Shown one piece after another: positions 1 to 11,700 of a stretch of 64,000 bases of DNA. The stretch lies in the IMG/VR virus record IMGVR_UViG_3300017719_000001. One strand, 5' to 3'. The position numbers were made by a program, and so were the translations under genes. The notes below the pieces were generated by a model. It did not search any database, was not told the DNA's origin, and saw nothing but the letters and a program-made list of their open reading frames with translations. This stretch comes from an uncultured virus (IMG/VR IMGVR_UViG_3300017719_000001) (Duplodnaviria > Heunggongvirae > Uroviricota > Caudoviricetes). The number at the start of each line of letters is the position of its first letter. Position 1 is the stretch's first letter.

Positions 1-837
1 TGCTCTTCTACCACCATCTGAAATTATATTTACGTAGTCAGATGAACCATCATTATATATTGAAAGTCCGCTATCTGTATGACCAGTAAATGCTATTGTT
101 GGGTCGGTAGTCGAATTACTATCCTTAGCGTGTATTTCTCCACTAACAGTTAAATCACCAGTTACTGTAGCACCAGCTGCGGAAGTTGTTAATTTAGTAG
201 CATTATCATAGTATAATGTAACTGCCCCACCATTAGTAGCAACTAAATAATTTTTTGTTCCACCTTCATTTTGTAAATTAAGATTTGTACCTTGTAATCT
301 TAAATTACCAGTTCCAACATCTCTTACATAACTATGACTACCGTCATGGTAAATTTGTAAATCACTATCATTACCAAATAATGCTTTTACATTATCAGGA
401 AATGATAAATTAGAACCTGTATATATTTCTGATTTATAAGCTTGAATTTGAACTAAGTCGCCTGATACTGCGGCTGAGGTAAGAGTAATGCTTGTGCCGT
501 TGGTGCCCGTAAAGTCTGTTCCCCAATCAAGAAGAAGACCATTTAAAAATACAGCAACCTTTGGAGGAGAGCCAGTAGTATATGCAAGTGTTGATCCATT
601 TTGATCTGCACCACTAAAGACAGTGGTATTAGATGTTACTGCATATTCGTATATATTGAATGTATCTGCTAGATTATTTGCACCAATTTCAACAATGGTT
701 TCTGTACCACTTACATTCTTTTTAAGGTATAATTTACCATCGTAAGTGTTTATGGCTAATTCGCCGAGTGCTAATGCAGATGTTGTTGGAACGGATCCGC
801 CTGTTGCGGATCTTCTTAATTTGACTGTCTGGCTCAA
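1..837 (-). CDS. tail fibre protein, 5' part (runs off window start)
   Basis: Not in ORF track. Manual translation from TTG at 837 (GGAGAGG RBS): MSQTVKLRRSATGGSVPTTSALALGELAINTYDGKLYL...; later FGNDSDLQIYHDGSHSYVRDVGTGNL fibre-type motif. Confidence 0.8.
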   Translation of the reverse strand, partial: MSQTVKLRRSATGGSVPTTSALALGELAINTYDGKLYLKKNVSGTETIVEIGANNLADTFNIYEYAVTSNTTVFSGADQNGSTLAYTTGSPPKVAVFLNGLLLDWGTDFTGTNGTSITLTSAAVSGDLVQIQAYKSEIYTGSNLSFPDNVKALFGNDSDLQIYHDGSHSYVRDVGTGNLRLQGTNLNLQNEGGTKNYLVATNGGAVTLYYDNATKLTTSAAGATVTGDLTVSGEIHAKDSNSTTDPTIAFTGHTDSGLSIYNDGSSDYVNIISDGGRRA

Positions 838-912
838 TTTTGGCCTCTCCTATTTGTTCAATCTCTATATAGAGCTTATAAAATTATATTAGGTTTATAT
901 AAACCTTTATTC

Positions 913-920
913 TATTTATA
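913..920 (-). promoter_or_regulatory. T4-type late promoter TATAAATA
   Basis: Exact consensus in intergenic region upstream of fibre gene. Confidence 0.7.
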
Positions 921-937
921 ACAACTAGGAGAGGAGT

Positions 938-2482
938 TTAGTATGTTCCACCATCAATAATTTCAGAAGCTACTGGAACGCCTGAGGAATTAAATTGAAT
1001 TAATTTACCTTGAGTACCTGTTACAAAGTTAATACCTGATCCTGTAACAACCATAACTGAGTTATTTGTTACAGAAGTTAAACCAGTACCACCTTCTGAA
1101 ATAGCAAGTTGAGTTCCTAGTGTTAATGCACCGGTAACATCTAAGTCATCTGTGACTTGGACTGTACCGCCAGCAGAATCAAGAATTAAATTACCCGACC
1201 CTGTACTAATCTCGTTAGTACCGTCAATCGCAATTTTAATATTGTCTGCATAAAGACCACCGAATGCTGCATCTGACCATGGTGTTGAAGCATTCTCGCC
1301 TCCACTAAAGTCCTCATCATTGGTAAATACAAATCTTTCGGTTTGGATATCAAATCCAAAGAAACCTTCTTTAACAGCAGAACCATCGTGCCACTTAAAT
1401 CTGATACCTCTATCAATACCGTCAGCAGTTGAGGTATTGTCTGCCAATACTAAGACTGGATCATCTAATGAGATATTAGTGGAATTTACTGATGTTGTTG
1501 TACCGTTAACAACTAAGTTACCACCAACAGTTAAATTACCGCCAGTAGTTACTGAATCAGAAGTAGAATCACCAAGGACGACTGTGCCATTAACTGTCAA
1601 GTTTCTTGTTACAGTAGCATCTCTTGTTACAGATAAGTCTTGACCGATTGTTACATCGTTAGGTTGTGAAATTTGTAAAGTTACATCAGTACCTGTTTTT
1701 GAAACCTCAGTAACAATTTCATTTGCTGTCCCTTTGATATATAAATCATCATTAAGGAGGTCAACATTTTCTGTGTCTGAACCGTTACCAGCATCAATAG
1801 TAAGCTGAGTTGCAACGTTTACTGTATCTGCTTGTGTTAACCTACCTTGTTGGTCAACTGTAAATCTAGGAATAGATGTAGTAGAACCATATTGTCCAGG
1901 AGTTACCGCGGTATCATCTAGGTCAATTTCAATACTATTACCGGAACCTGTGGTTGTGATACCAGTATCACCACTAATTGTTAATGTTTCTGAATCCAAG
2001 TCAATGGATAATGCACCGCCATTGTCGCCCTGGAAGTCTAAGTCTTGGGCTGTGACCTGAGCATCTACATAAGTTTTAACAGCAGCTGCCGAGATAAGTT
2101 GAGCATTATTTGGTGTTCCAGGCATTGATGTTTCAATACTTGTAACAACCTGACCACTACCACCTGTTGTTTCTAATGCAAGGTTTTGAATATTTAATTC
2201 TGTAATGTGTTTATTGCCATCTACAATTAATGCAGCATTAGCTGTTGTTTCACCATGTACATGTGATAATAGGTTAGTAAAATACTTACCACCGATAATA
2301 TCAATCGAAGAAGCGACACCACCGCTTTCTGTACCCGAACCGATATATAATCGTTCACCTGCTTGTGCCTGACCCTTTGAAGTTTGTTCATAAGAGTATG
2401 CAAGTTCACCTGTTTTTAGATTACTAGGGGAGTTGGTGTTAGATCCCGTAGATAATATTTTAATTCTTGTTAAATTCGACAT
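938..2482 (-). CDS. tail fibre / virion structural protein
   Basis: Likely start MSNLTRIK at 2482; GELAY N-terminal motif, YGSTTSIPRFTVDQQGRLT and GGNLVVNGTTTSVNS fibre motifs. Confidence 0.75.
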   Translation of the reverse strand: MSNLTRIKILSTGSNTNSPSNLKTGELAYSYEQTSKGQAQAGERLYIGSGTESGGVASSIDIIGGKYFTNLLSHVHGETTANAALIVDGNKHITELNIQNLALETTGGSGQVVTSIETSMPGTPNNAQLISAAAVKTYVDAQVTAQDLDFQGDNGGALSIDLDSETLTISGDTGITTTGSGNSIEIDLDDTAVTPGQYGSTTSIPRFTVDQQGRLTQADTVNVATQLTIDAGNGSDTENVDLLNDDLYIKGTANEIVTEVSKTGTDVTLQISQPNDVTIGQDLSVTRDATVTRNLTVNGTVVLGDSTSDSVTTGGNLTVGGNLVVNGTTTSVNSTNISLDDPVLVLADNTSTADGIDRGIRFKWHDGSAVKEGFFGFDIQTERFVFTNDEDFSGGENASTPWSDAAFGGLYADNIKIAIDGTNEISTGSGNLILDSAGGTVQVTDDLDVTGALTLGTQLAISEGGTGLTSVTNNSVMVVTGSGINFVTGTQGKLIQFNSSGVPVASEIIDGGTY

Positions 2483-2483
2483 A

Positions 2484-2729
2484 CTAGTATGTGCCTCCAA
2501 TTATGTTCAGATTTTCATTTTCAATCTGAGTTGTAATTTTATATTCGCCAGCGGTACCATCATAGATCATTACTGCTCCATCTGATTGTCCGGCAACATT
2601 TACGTTTTGCAAGTCACCGAGAGTTAAACCGCCTGCACTCACCTTAACAGTTTGTGCAACAATTTCATTCTGGCCGGTTTTCTTACCTTTTATCTGATTA
2701 GTCTGCCTAATCTTTCCTCTAATAGCCAT
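2484..2729 (-). CDS. small virion-associated protein
   Basis: 81 aa, tightly packed in fibre operon; LGDLQNV motif, ends IIGGTY. Confidence 0.6.
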   Translation of the reverse strand: MAIRGKIRQTNQIKGKKTGQNEIVAQTVKVSAGGLTLGDLQNVNVAGQSDGAVMIYDGTAGEYKITTQIENENLNIIGGTY

Positions 2730-3068
2730 TTAAGAAGCCCTCGTTACTCCTGGTGTTACCTCTACTTGTCCTTCAACGACCCTGGTTACAATTCCACCAG
2801 CATCAGTAATTTCAACATCATATACATACCTTCCTGCCTTTAATGCATTTGTCTGCACTGGAGTTAAAGATATTGATACCGTGCCTTCTGCCGTACTCGC
2901 AACAGCAGCAGTAAAATCAGTAGCCGTAGTTGAACTATATGTTCTACGCATCTGACCGGCGACAGTATATCCATCTAAGTCTAAAATGTTACCTGAATTA
3001 TCTGTAACATCTATTTCTGCCTGAAAAGTAGTTCCCTGGTCAATAACTATGTTAGATATAATTGCCAT
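2730..3068 (-). CDS. Ig-like (BppU N-terminal-like) fibre-associated protein
   Basis: IDQGTTF...GRYVYDVEI...VVEGQVEVTPGVT pattern; AAGGA RBS; late promoter at 3086-3093. Confidence 0.65.
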   Translation of the reverse strand: MAIISNIVIDQGTTFQAEIDVTDNSGNILDLDGYTVAGQMRRTYSSTTATDFTAAVASTAEGTVSISLTPVQTNALKAGRYVYDVEITDAGGIVTRVVEGQVEVTPGVTRAS

Positions 3069-3080
3069 TTTATTCCTTAC

Positions 3081-6000
3081 CTACCTATTTATATCTTTTA
3101 GGGCCTCAATTTCTGCCCTGAGTAATTTATTTTCTTCTTTTAATTCTTTTATTGCTTCAATAAAGAGAGCAGATAGTTGGTTATAATCTACAACTTTATG
3201 CGTATCATCTTCATTAAGTGACTCAACATCTTTTACTGCAGATGGTAATACTTCTTCAACATTCTGAGCGATAACACCAGCAGATGCCTTGCCATCTTTC
3301 TTCCAATCAAAAGTAACACCATTTAATTGTGATACCTTTTCTAAGGCCCCATCAACTACTTGAATATTATCTTTTAGTTTTTCATCGGAGGTTATATTGC
3401 TCGAATATGCAATAATATCTCCGGCTGCCTCGAATGTTCCAGATGATGTCATTCTAAATTCAGTGACCCCACCAGATTTAAAATCACCATAACCAGTGTT
3501 TGATGAATCAAACGATAAATAACCACTACCAGTTCTACCCACTGAATAGATATTATCAGTTTGATCGGATTTTAGTCTAACTGTTCCTAAATTAGAAATA
3601 TTATTTACAGATGTATCAAATGAATCTAGCCAGAACATAAGGCTCATTTCATCTGTTTTAGAAGCTGCTGTCATATCTGTACCACCGCCGCCGGTAGAAC
3701 TGTATGTACCTAATTCAAATGTTGAGAATGCATTTTGGTTAACTTCAGCACTATTTTCGATGCCAGTAAGTTTATTATGAGCACCTACTGTCATTACACC
3801 AGGACCGTTAGCATCTGCAGAAGGTAAATCAACATTATTACCTGTAGATGATGTTACTGTTAAAACACTGGCTGTTCTGGTCCATGAAAGGTTTGTTCCA
3901 ACATGAGGTGCAGTATTTCTAAATTTAACAGCTTTATTAGTATCGTCAATATCAATGTCAATACCAGTACTCTCAACAAAGTCTACTTCAGTTTTATTAC
4001 CTGTTATATTTACTGTTCCTGTGTCTGACCAAGCATAACCACTATCACTACTAACCACTTTTATTCTATCAATAGTAGGTTGAGATGAACCTCTATCATT
4101 ATTAGTAATTGTTAATTGTCTATCGGCAGTTTTTTCTACCTCAATACCACTGCCTTGTTCAAAGTGTAATGTCTGGCCAGAACTAACTGTACCGGTTTCT
4201 GAACCATTACCTTCCATAAAGGTCCAAGAACTATAATTATCAAATGTTGGTTCATTGATAACATCAGACCAATCAATATTAATACCTGATAATAATGTTG
4301 TACTTGGATTATACCTTAAGTGAGAATTATCAGTATCAATATAAGGTCTTTGATAACCACTGCCGTTAGTAGCACTAAACAATATTTGATAATTTACATT
4401 ATCATTTTTTTCATCAACATTAACATTATTAGCATTTGTGACTGTTTGGATATCCTTAGTGCCAAGGCTAGTAATATGACCGTATGTATCAAGAGCAATA
4501 TCTTGTATAACAACATTACCAGTATTATCACTTGAAAGCTGAGTTGATGTGTCAGCATGGTCTATAGTAATATTTGTATTGCCTGACTGGTTTGCAGTAA
4601 ATGAGCCTATATTATTGTCAGCTGCAATACTCAAGCCCATTGCATTTCCAGCAAAGAGTGTAAGAGTTCCATTACCCACTGAAATTGATGCACTAGTTCC
4701 ACCAGTTACGTGACCAAATTCATCGAATGTTAAATCTTGTATAAATGTATTACCAGAATTATTAATATTACCAAAGTCAGATGTATTTGCGTGGTGAATA
4801 GAGAATCTATCACCCGAAACGTCATCAACAACTAATGTGATTCCACTGTTACCTGCATCGATGATTAATGTATCGTTGTTACTATCAGCAACCAAGGTTC
4901 CTAAACTACCATGTGCAGCATTTCTTAATTGTACATTCTTAAAGATATTTTGAGATGAACCTCTATCTGTATTTGTAAAGGTTAATACATCATCAGCAGT
5001 AAAGTTGACATCCATACCGGTGCCTTCTTTAAACCAAAGTGTATCATTTTGTGTAATTGAGTAAACTGTACCATCATGGTCTTTTGCATTCCATGATCTG
5101 ATAAATCTGTTATCTAAATTTGCAACATCAACAGATGTAACATGACCAAAACCGTCAACTGTAAAGGCCTGAACAACATTGCCGCCTGATGCAGTTCCTT
5201 GTTGACCCGAAAGTGATGAAGTATCTGCGTGACCATATTCAATCGTTGAACCACTTCTTGTTACTGTTAAACCAGCAGCTTGATTAAATGTTACAGTCTC
5301 GGTACTTGTAATATCTTCAGTACCAGCAATTCCTTCAGCAGCTAATTTCCAATTGTCATAATCAGTTTGTTCTGTAATAATATCATAGTATGATCCGTTT
5401 GATGCCTGGGCCTGCCAAGTATCAGAAGTTTCGTTCCAAATTAATGAACGGTTGGCAACACTACCCCTTTCTATTTCAAAACCAGCATTCTGTGTTGGTG
5501 TACCAGTTTCATCGGCATTTAAAACAATGATGTTATCGCCAATGTTAACCTGGTTTGAATTTACCTGAGTTGTAGTACCCGATACCGTTAAGTTGCCTCC
5601 AATATAAACATCTTTAGCAATACCAACACCACCCGCAACTCTTAATGAGCCCGATGTTGTGCTTGTAGATTGAGTAGTACTTAGTACTCTTAATGTGCCT
5701 GGAGCTCTTAAATCATTTGGTAAACCAAATTCAACCTCATCATCTTTGGCCTCTGTTACAATCTGATTTGCAACTCCATCAAAGTGTAGAGTTTCAGTTG
5801 CAAGATTTATTTTTTGATGACCAGTGCCGCCACTATTAGTTTCTGCACTAAATGTTAATTCTGTAACAATGGCAGCAGTATCAGCAGCCGTTATTCTACC
5901 TTTACTGTCTACTGTGATTACAGGGATAGCAGTTGTACTACCATATTCTTGTGCAGTAACACCTGTAGTTTTTAATGCAAAGTCAAAGTTTTGATTAGTT

Positions 6001-8573
6001 GAATCCCAGGTGGCATTTAAATCTGTTTCTGTATTATTAGATATTAAATCTTGAGCATTATAGAATGTTACAATATCGGCAGTAAGGGCATTTCCACTAT
6101 CGTCAATACCTACTGCCTGCCAAGCTCTATCTGGCTTAGTAGAAACATTACCTTCGTTCCACTGAATTTTAGCATCGAGTGTTGGAGATGTTGCACCACC
6201 AACACCACTACCAATATCAATCGCGCTTCTATCAACTTCAATACCTTCTGTACCGGCACTAGAAGCAAGAGTAATAAATGCTGTATCAAAGGATAGAGAT
6301 GAACCAGCACCTCCGCCAATTAACAGTGTACCATCAATGTCAAGAGTTGCACCATCAGGAATTGTGAGTGTGTTACCTGTAGTGAATGCAATATTCTGAT
6401 TAAATGTTTGTGTTCCTGTTGTCCCGTTTGTGGTTATTGTTCTGATTACAGTATTATCAACTTTTATACTATCAGCAAGAACAGTAATACCACCATTTGT
6501 TGCACCAACAACTCTAAGTGTTCTATCAGCTTGTAAAATGCCACCACCTGTTAAACCTGCACCAGCAATAATATCTGTATCTGCAATCTCTTGTATGGCC
6601 TCAGAAATATTAGTTGCCGCAAGACCTGTCCAAGACCTTACATTATCAATTGGTGATGTGGCACCATCAATTTGGTTTTGTAATTTACCGATATCTGTAT
6701 CGTTATTGACTACACCAGTTTTTAGATTATCTAAGGTTCCAGCAATTGTAGTAGAACCATATGTTCCAGTATTATAAATGTCTGAATCACCGATTGCAGT
6801 ATTAAGTAAATTTACAGCAACTGTTAAGTTTGCTGCACCCACAGCCTCGGTATCGGTTCCTGTAATAACACCACTACCGATCGTTGTACCTAATTCAACA
6901 ATTGCACCACGAACATCACCTGCAGCAATATTAGCACCGGCACCCCATGTTACATAGTTATTAGTTGTACCTCTTAGAGCAGTTTCAAGCTCAAGGATTG
7001 CAGTTGATACAGTTGATGCATCAGTACCCATAGCGGCAGAAGTAATTGTTCCTAATTCTGCATCATGTTCATTAATACCACCAATGACTCCGTTTACAGA
7101 AGAAGTAGTTAAAGTATAATTAGCTAAGGTTGTACCCCTTAACGCGACTTCTAGTTCATTGATACCACCGACAAGATAGTTGGCAGATGTATTAAGTGTT
7201 ACAGACCCCGCAGTATGAATATCAGCATATACAGCATTTAATCCGTCACGTATATTATTACCTGCAGTTACATTATAATCAGAATTTGCACCTCTTAGGG
7301 CGGCTTCTAATTCATTAACTGCACCTATAACACCATCTGATGTATTAGTTGTTCCAAGAGTATAGTTACTTAAATTACCCCTTACTGCAGTTTCTAGTTC
7401 ATTAACACCACCAACTAAATAATTAGCATTTGTACCTAAAGTCACACTACCTGCTGTGTGAATATCATCATAGATTTCATTAATAGAATCTAAGATAGAA
7501 GTTTTATCAGCAGTTTTTAAATTTGCAAGAGTTCTTTTTGATCCACCCTCTACATTAAATAAGTCTGCTTCATGTTCATTGATAGCAGCTTGTAAATCAG
7601 TAGCAGTAGTATTTAGATTTTCTACTGTACCGATGTCGTCTTGTAATTCGTTAATCGCGGTAACTAAATCAGTTGCGATAACTTTAATATCATCGTTAAC
7701 ACTTAATGTAGAATTAAATTCAACAATATGTCCAACAGTTTGATCAAATGGTATAAATGCCGTATGTTGTGCACCAGCAACTTTGGCCTGCGCAGCAGTA
7801 TAACCTAAAATTCTAATTTGTGCACTAGCACTATATGTTCCAGTGTGCGACTTTATATAAAGGTCAGATGTACCAGCATGATAAACTGTACCATGCCATG
7901 ATGCATTGTCTTCAACTTCAGTTAAAGTACTTCTATTAGCACTATCTTGATAAACAGTAGAACCTTCAGTAAACTTAGTTAAATCAGGACTTCCTGTTAA
8001 TACAACTCTACCTGTAGCATTAGGAATATGATAATCTGCAGCTGCAAGACCTTGAGTTAATTCAGTTGAACCATCTAGTACTCTAATTGCTGCTTTATTA
8101 TATGATTCCGAAATTAATCTTAAAACATTAGCATTTGCAATAGATGAACCACCAACACTTAAATCAAGTGCAGGATTAAAATCACCTGTAGAATTTTTTA
8201 CTAGGATTTTTGGTTTATCGTCAATGGTAACAATAGACTCGATAGTTGCAGAATAACCACCTGTTTGTCCGACACCAGCACCAGCAATGAACGCACTAGG
8301 AATACTTGTACTATCTGCAAGAATAACATAACCAGCAGTATTATCAATAGTAGTATCTGTTATTAATGGAAAGACTTGAGTCTTTGTATTATCATCATCA
8401 CCATCAATGATATTTAATTTTAAACCTGAAACGTTATCATGTTTAAATACCTTATCTGTTAACCTAGAATCTAATCTATCATCAGCTCCAAGGTTTAGTG
8501 AGACTTCATTTGACTTTTGTCTCCACTCCTCGAATGTATTAGATTTTAAAATTTTAATTTCGTTATCGGCCAT
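3081..8573 (-). CDS. long tail fibre with C-terminal peptidase S74 intramolecular chaperone
   Basis: 1830 aa, repetitive; C-terminal SDEKLKDNI...GVTFDWK...GVIAQNVEEVLP...VDYNQL...EAIKEL. Confidence 0.88.
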   Translation of the reverse strand: MADNEIKILKSNTFEEWRQKSNEVSLNLGADDRLDSRLTDKVFKHDNVSGLKLNIIDGDDDNTKTQVFPLITDTTIDNTAGYVILADSTSIPSAFIAGAGVGQTGGYSATIESIVTIDDKPKILVKNSTGDFNPALDLSVGGSSIANANVLRLISESYNKAAIRVLDGSTELTQGLAAADYHIPNATGRVVLTGSPDLTKFTEGSTVYQDSANRSTLTEVEDNASWHGTVYHAGTSDLYIKSHTGTYSASAQIRILGYTAAQAKVAGAQHTAFIPFDQTVGHIVEFNSTLSVNDDIKVIATDLVTAINELQDDIGTVENLNTTATDLQAAINEHEADLFNVEGGSKRTLANLKTADKTSILDSINEIYDDIHTAGSVTLGTNANYLVGGVNELETAVRGNLSNYTLGTTNTSDGVIGAVNELEAALRGANSDYNVTAGNNIRDGLNAVYADIHTAGSVTLNTSANYLVGGINELEVALRGTTLANYTLTTSSVNGVIGGINEHDAELGTITSAAMGTDASTVSTAILELETALRGTTNNYVTWGAGANIAAGDVRGAIVELGTTIGSGVITGTDTEAVGAANLTVAVNLLNTAIGDSDIYNTGTYGSTTIAGTLDNLKTGVVNNDTDIGKLQNQIDGATSPIDNVRSWTGLAATNISEAIQEIADTDIIAGAGLTGGGILQADRTLRVVGATNGGITVLADSIKVDNTVIRTITTNGTTGTQTFNQNIAFTTGNTLTIPDGATLDIDGTLLIGGGAGSSLSFDTAFITLASSAGTEGIEVDRSAIDIGSGVGGATSPTLDAKIQWNEGNVSTKPDRAWQAVGIDDSGNALTADIVTFYNAQDLISNNTETDLNATWDSTNQNFDFALKTTGVTAQEYGSTTAIPVITVDSKGRITAADTAAIVTELTFSAETNSGGTGHQKINLATETLHFDGVANQIVTEAKDDEVEFGLPNDLRAPGTLRVLSTTQSTSTTSGSLRVAGGVGIAKDVYIGGNLTVSGTTTQVNSNQVNIGDNIIVLNADETGTPTQNAGFEIERGSVANRSLIWNETSDTWQAQASNGSYYDIITEQTDYDNWKLAAEGIAGTEDITSTETVTFNQAAGLTVTRSGSTIEYGHADTSSLSGQQGTASGGNVVQAFTVDGFGHVTSVDVANLDNRFIRSWNAKDHDGTVYSITQNDTLWFKEGTGMDVNFTADDVLTFTNTDRGSSQNIFKNVQLRNAAHGSLGTLVADSNNDTLIIDAGNSGITLVVDDVSGDRFSIHHANTSDFGNINNSGNTFIQDLTFDEFGHVTGGTSASISVGNGTLTLFAGNAMGLSIAADNNIGSFTANQSGNTNITIDHADTSTQLSSDNTGNVVIQDIALDTYGHITSLGTKDIQTVTNANNVNVDEKNDNVNYQILFSATNGSGYQRPYIDTDNSHLRYNPSTTLLSGINIDWSDVINEPTFDNYSSWTFMEGNGSETGTVSSGQTLHFEQGSGIEVEKTADRQLTITNNDRGSSQPTIDRIKVVSSDSGYAWSDTGTVNITGNKTEVDFVESTGIDIDIDDTNKAVKFRNTAPHVGTNLSWTRTASVLTVTSSTGNNVDLPSADANGPGVMTVGAHNKLTGIENSAEVNQNAFSTFELGTYSSTGGGGTDMTAASKTDEMSLMFWLDSFDTSVNNISNLGTVRLKSDQTDNIYSVGRTGSGYLSFDSSNTGYGDFKSGGVTEFRMTSSGTFEAAGDIIAYSSNITSDEKLKDNIQVVDGALEKVSQLNGVTFDWKKDGKASAGVIAQNVEEVLPSAVKDVESLNEDDTHKVVDYNQLSALFIEAIKELKEENKLLRAEIEALKDINR

Positions 8574-8773
8574 TATTTACCACCTAAATTTTTTAATAGT
8601 GCTTTAATTTCTGCAATGTCATTTTTCATTTCGGCAAGTTCATCTGATTGTTTATTTCTCTTAGCTATTTGAGATAATCTTTGATTATATGCCGTCGTGT
8701 TATTATTTATAACGGCATGATTTGTTAAATCTCTTTCTAGGCCAAAATTGTTATCTATTTTTATTTTATTCAT
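8573..8773 (-). CDS. hypothetical coiled-coil protein
   Basis: 66 aa, translationally coupled on both sides. Confidence 0.6.
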   Translation of the reverse strand: MNKIKIDNNFGLERDLTNHAVINNNTTAYNQRLSQIAKRNKQSDELAEMKNDIAEIKALLKNLGGK

Positions 8774-11700
8774 TATGTTGTCGCAATTGCCCTAAAGTCT
8801 CTAATAGTTGGAATGTCTGTACTTCTTACACTTTTTAATACAACCTTAATACTGAATTTACTGAAAGGAGTATTTAAAGTACTGAAGTCTTTCTGATAGT
8901 GAACCTCTGAATATACACCATTACTGTTTGTTGGTACTATTTGATCTGGAGTCATTTCAGCCCAATCAAGAGCATCAAAATCAACATCAGAGTTATCTGT
9001 GATTTTATACCAAACTTCTATGTCAGAGTTCTTTGGTTTATTTGCATTTATATAAACATCTAATACATTAGCATCAGTATTAAGAGTTACTTGTTTAGTA
9101 ATATATTTAGCAGCTGCAGATGAACCGGTACCAGAAGATTCAGCAACGTAAGTACTGTAATTTGCTTGATGTTCCTCAGGACTGTTAATTCTATTTTGAA
9201 TAGTAAATAATGATGTTCTATTTAAATCAATTACAGGTGAGAGGTTTTCTTTACCACTATTAGATAATACACATCTTAATTTAAATGGTTTAGAACCTAA
9301 ACTTTTAAATGCTTCATTTCTTTCTGATGCAATCATATATGGTTTTTCAAACTGAGTATTTTTATTGGCCAAAATTTCTTGTTCATTATCATATGTGTAA
9401 AATGATTGACCTGAATCATTCTGTCCATCTTGTGAATAACCAGTTAAACCACTATGGAAATATTTAATTCCTGCTTTATCAAACTCAATGGTAGAAGCAT
9501 TTATTTTTAATACATCATACATCTGATTTTCAGAAGCAGTTACAGCAGTACCACCTCCTCTAATTCCTAGTGAAGTTGCCTGACCTGTTACTGTAATAGT
9601 ATATGAATCAAGTTCAGCATCATTTACTGTATGGTTACCGTTAAGTGCTGACGCCACAATACCATTTACTGTTCCCGAAACACCTGCAATAGTTACCGAG
9701 TGATTACCATCAACTCCATACATACCATGGTTTTTATGAATCACTCTAATTCTACAAGTTGACCCTGTAACATTTTGTTCAAATACTAATGGATTTAATC
9801 CTAGTGTTTTTAGAGGCACTGCATCATTTACAAGATTAACTTCTGCAGAGGAACCAGTAAATGAAGCTCTATTTAATTTAAATTTAAGATCTTTATTTTG
9901 TTCTGGAGTCCAAGTAGAAGCATTAGCAGAGGTAAAGAATACACCATCAAATGGTTGTTTAGTAATTCTCTTATCAATATCTGTTAAATCGAATTTACTT
10001 GTTTCTGCAACATAAACTTTATATTTGTCTGAATTTGAAATTGCAACGATTGCATATTCTGTACCTTCTTTTAGGTAAACAGGGAAGTCCCAATTAATTG
10101 TTGTGGAGCTTGCTGCATTAGCATTTGCAAAGTTAGCAGGTGTTGATGCAATATCAGTAGGATATACTACAACATCTGCACCTGGAATAATTCTTTGTGT
10201 TGGGTAACCATTTTCTACTTCTCTGATAGAAATACAAATTGGAATATTTAAATCAATCTGATTGAAAAATAATTCAACACTAGTTGTAAAAATACCACCC
10301 TCGGTTTTAACAACAAATGATTCTGCAATAGGATCATAATATCTAATTAATTCATGATTGGTTTCATTTGTTCTTTTTGTAACTGTTTTACTTTGATTTA
10401 CTTCTCTGTATGCAATTCTAGGAACCTTAGTGTTAACAATTGTTCTTTGGAATGTCTCTAAAACACCTTGTGCATAGAAATTTTCAATAGCCTTAGTAGT
10501 AGAATTAGCATCATCATTTGTTGATGAATCGGTTAATTTAAATTCTCTAGTACCAGTTTTAAATTTAAGTGCATCGGTTCTAGGTATTACAAACGAACCT
10601 ATAACTCTACCTGAGGCATCCGTTGTTAGATTTCCACTGCCGTCTGGATGGGTAGTAGCATTTTCATAAGTAGTAACACTTGATCTATCAGAGAATTCTG
10701 TCATTGCAGATTCTTCTTTACAATATGTCGAAACATCAACTCCATTAAAGAATGGATATACTCTTGTAGATGGTTTTAATAATTCTGCTTGGAAGAAAAT
10801 CTTTCTTGATCTCATAAATGGTATAAAGTTAGTTTCTACCACTACGTTACCCATAACCTTAGATTGGACATCTGATGTTACGAATGATTCAATACCATCC
10901 CTTGAAGCAGTACCAGTTTCCGTAAATGCATTTACTGTAGTTCTGACCTCGGCTCTATTTTTATTTTTACTATTATCAGTACCAGTTAATCTCTCACCTT
11001 GGCCCGCGGACATATTTTTATTAGTACTAGATGATGAAATTAATTCTTTACCTGTCCAGTTGGTTTCCCATTCGTTCCAAACTGTTCCTAAGATACCATC
11101 AGCCTCTGCCATATTAACAAACTGCTCATAGACAGAATTATCATCAATGATAATGTCAGGTCTTTGGTCTACATCTTTCCATTCATCTGATTCGGGAGAC
11201 AACTTAATAGTGCCGTCCCAAATAATCACGTTGTATGGGTTAACAAATTCTGCATAAGAAGAATAAGGTTGATTTAATTCTGTTACATTTGTATAAGGCA
11301 TGGTAATAATACCACCCTTAGCTGATTTAACAGCTGTACCAGAATCACCTGTTTTTCTTACCAGGTTAATATTTCTTTCATCAAACTTAGGTCTTAGGAT
11401 ACCATTTTCTTTATCAATGGATACAGCATAATCTGGGTGACTTGTATCACCTACATTGTGTCCGTAGAAGCCATCAACAATAAATCCATTCTTAAATCTT
11501 GCATCTCCATTTGAATCTAAAATTTGAGATTCAACTGCACTCTTTTCTAATAATGAGAGTGATGTATAGTATTCTAAGTTTTTAACTCTTTTATCGAGAG
11601 CACCAATATCTCTCATTGTGTATCTCTTATTATCAATAGGTGTTACTAAAACATCTTGAACACTAAAGACATAAGGATTTAATTTAATATTGTATAGGTG

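Noticed and set aside
1..8573. Diversity-generating retroelement acting on fibres
   Set aside because: No reverse transcriptase and no adenine-variant template/variable repeat pair seen
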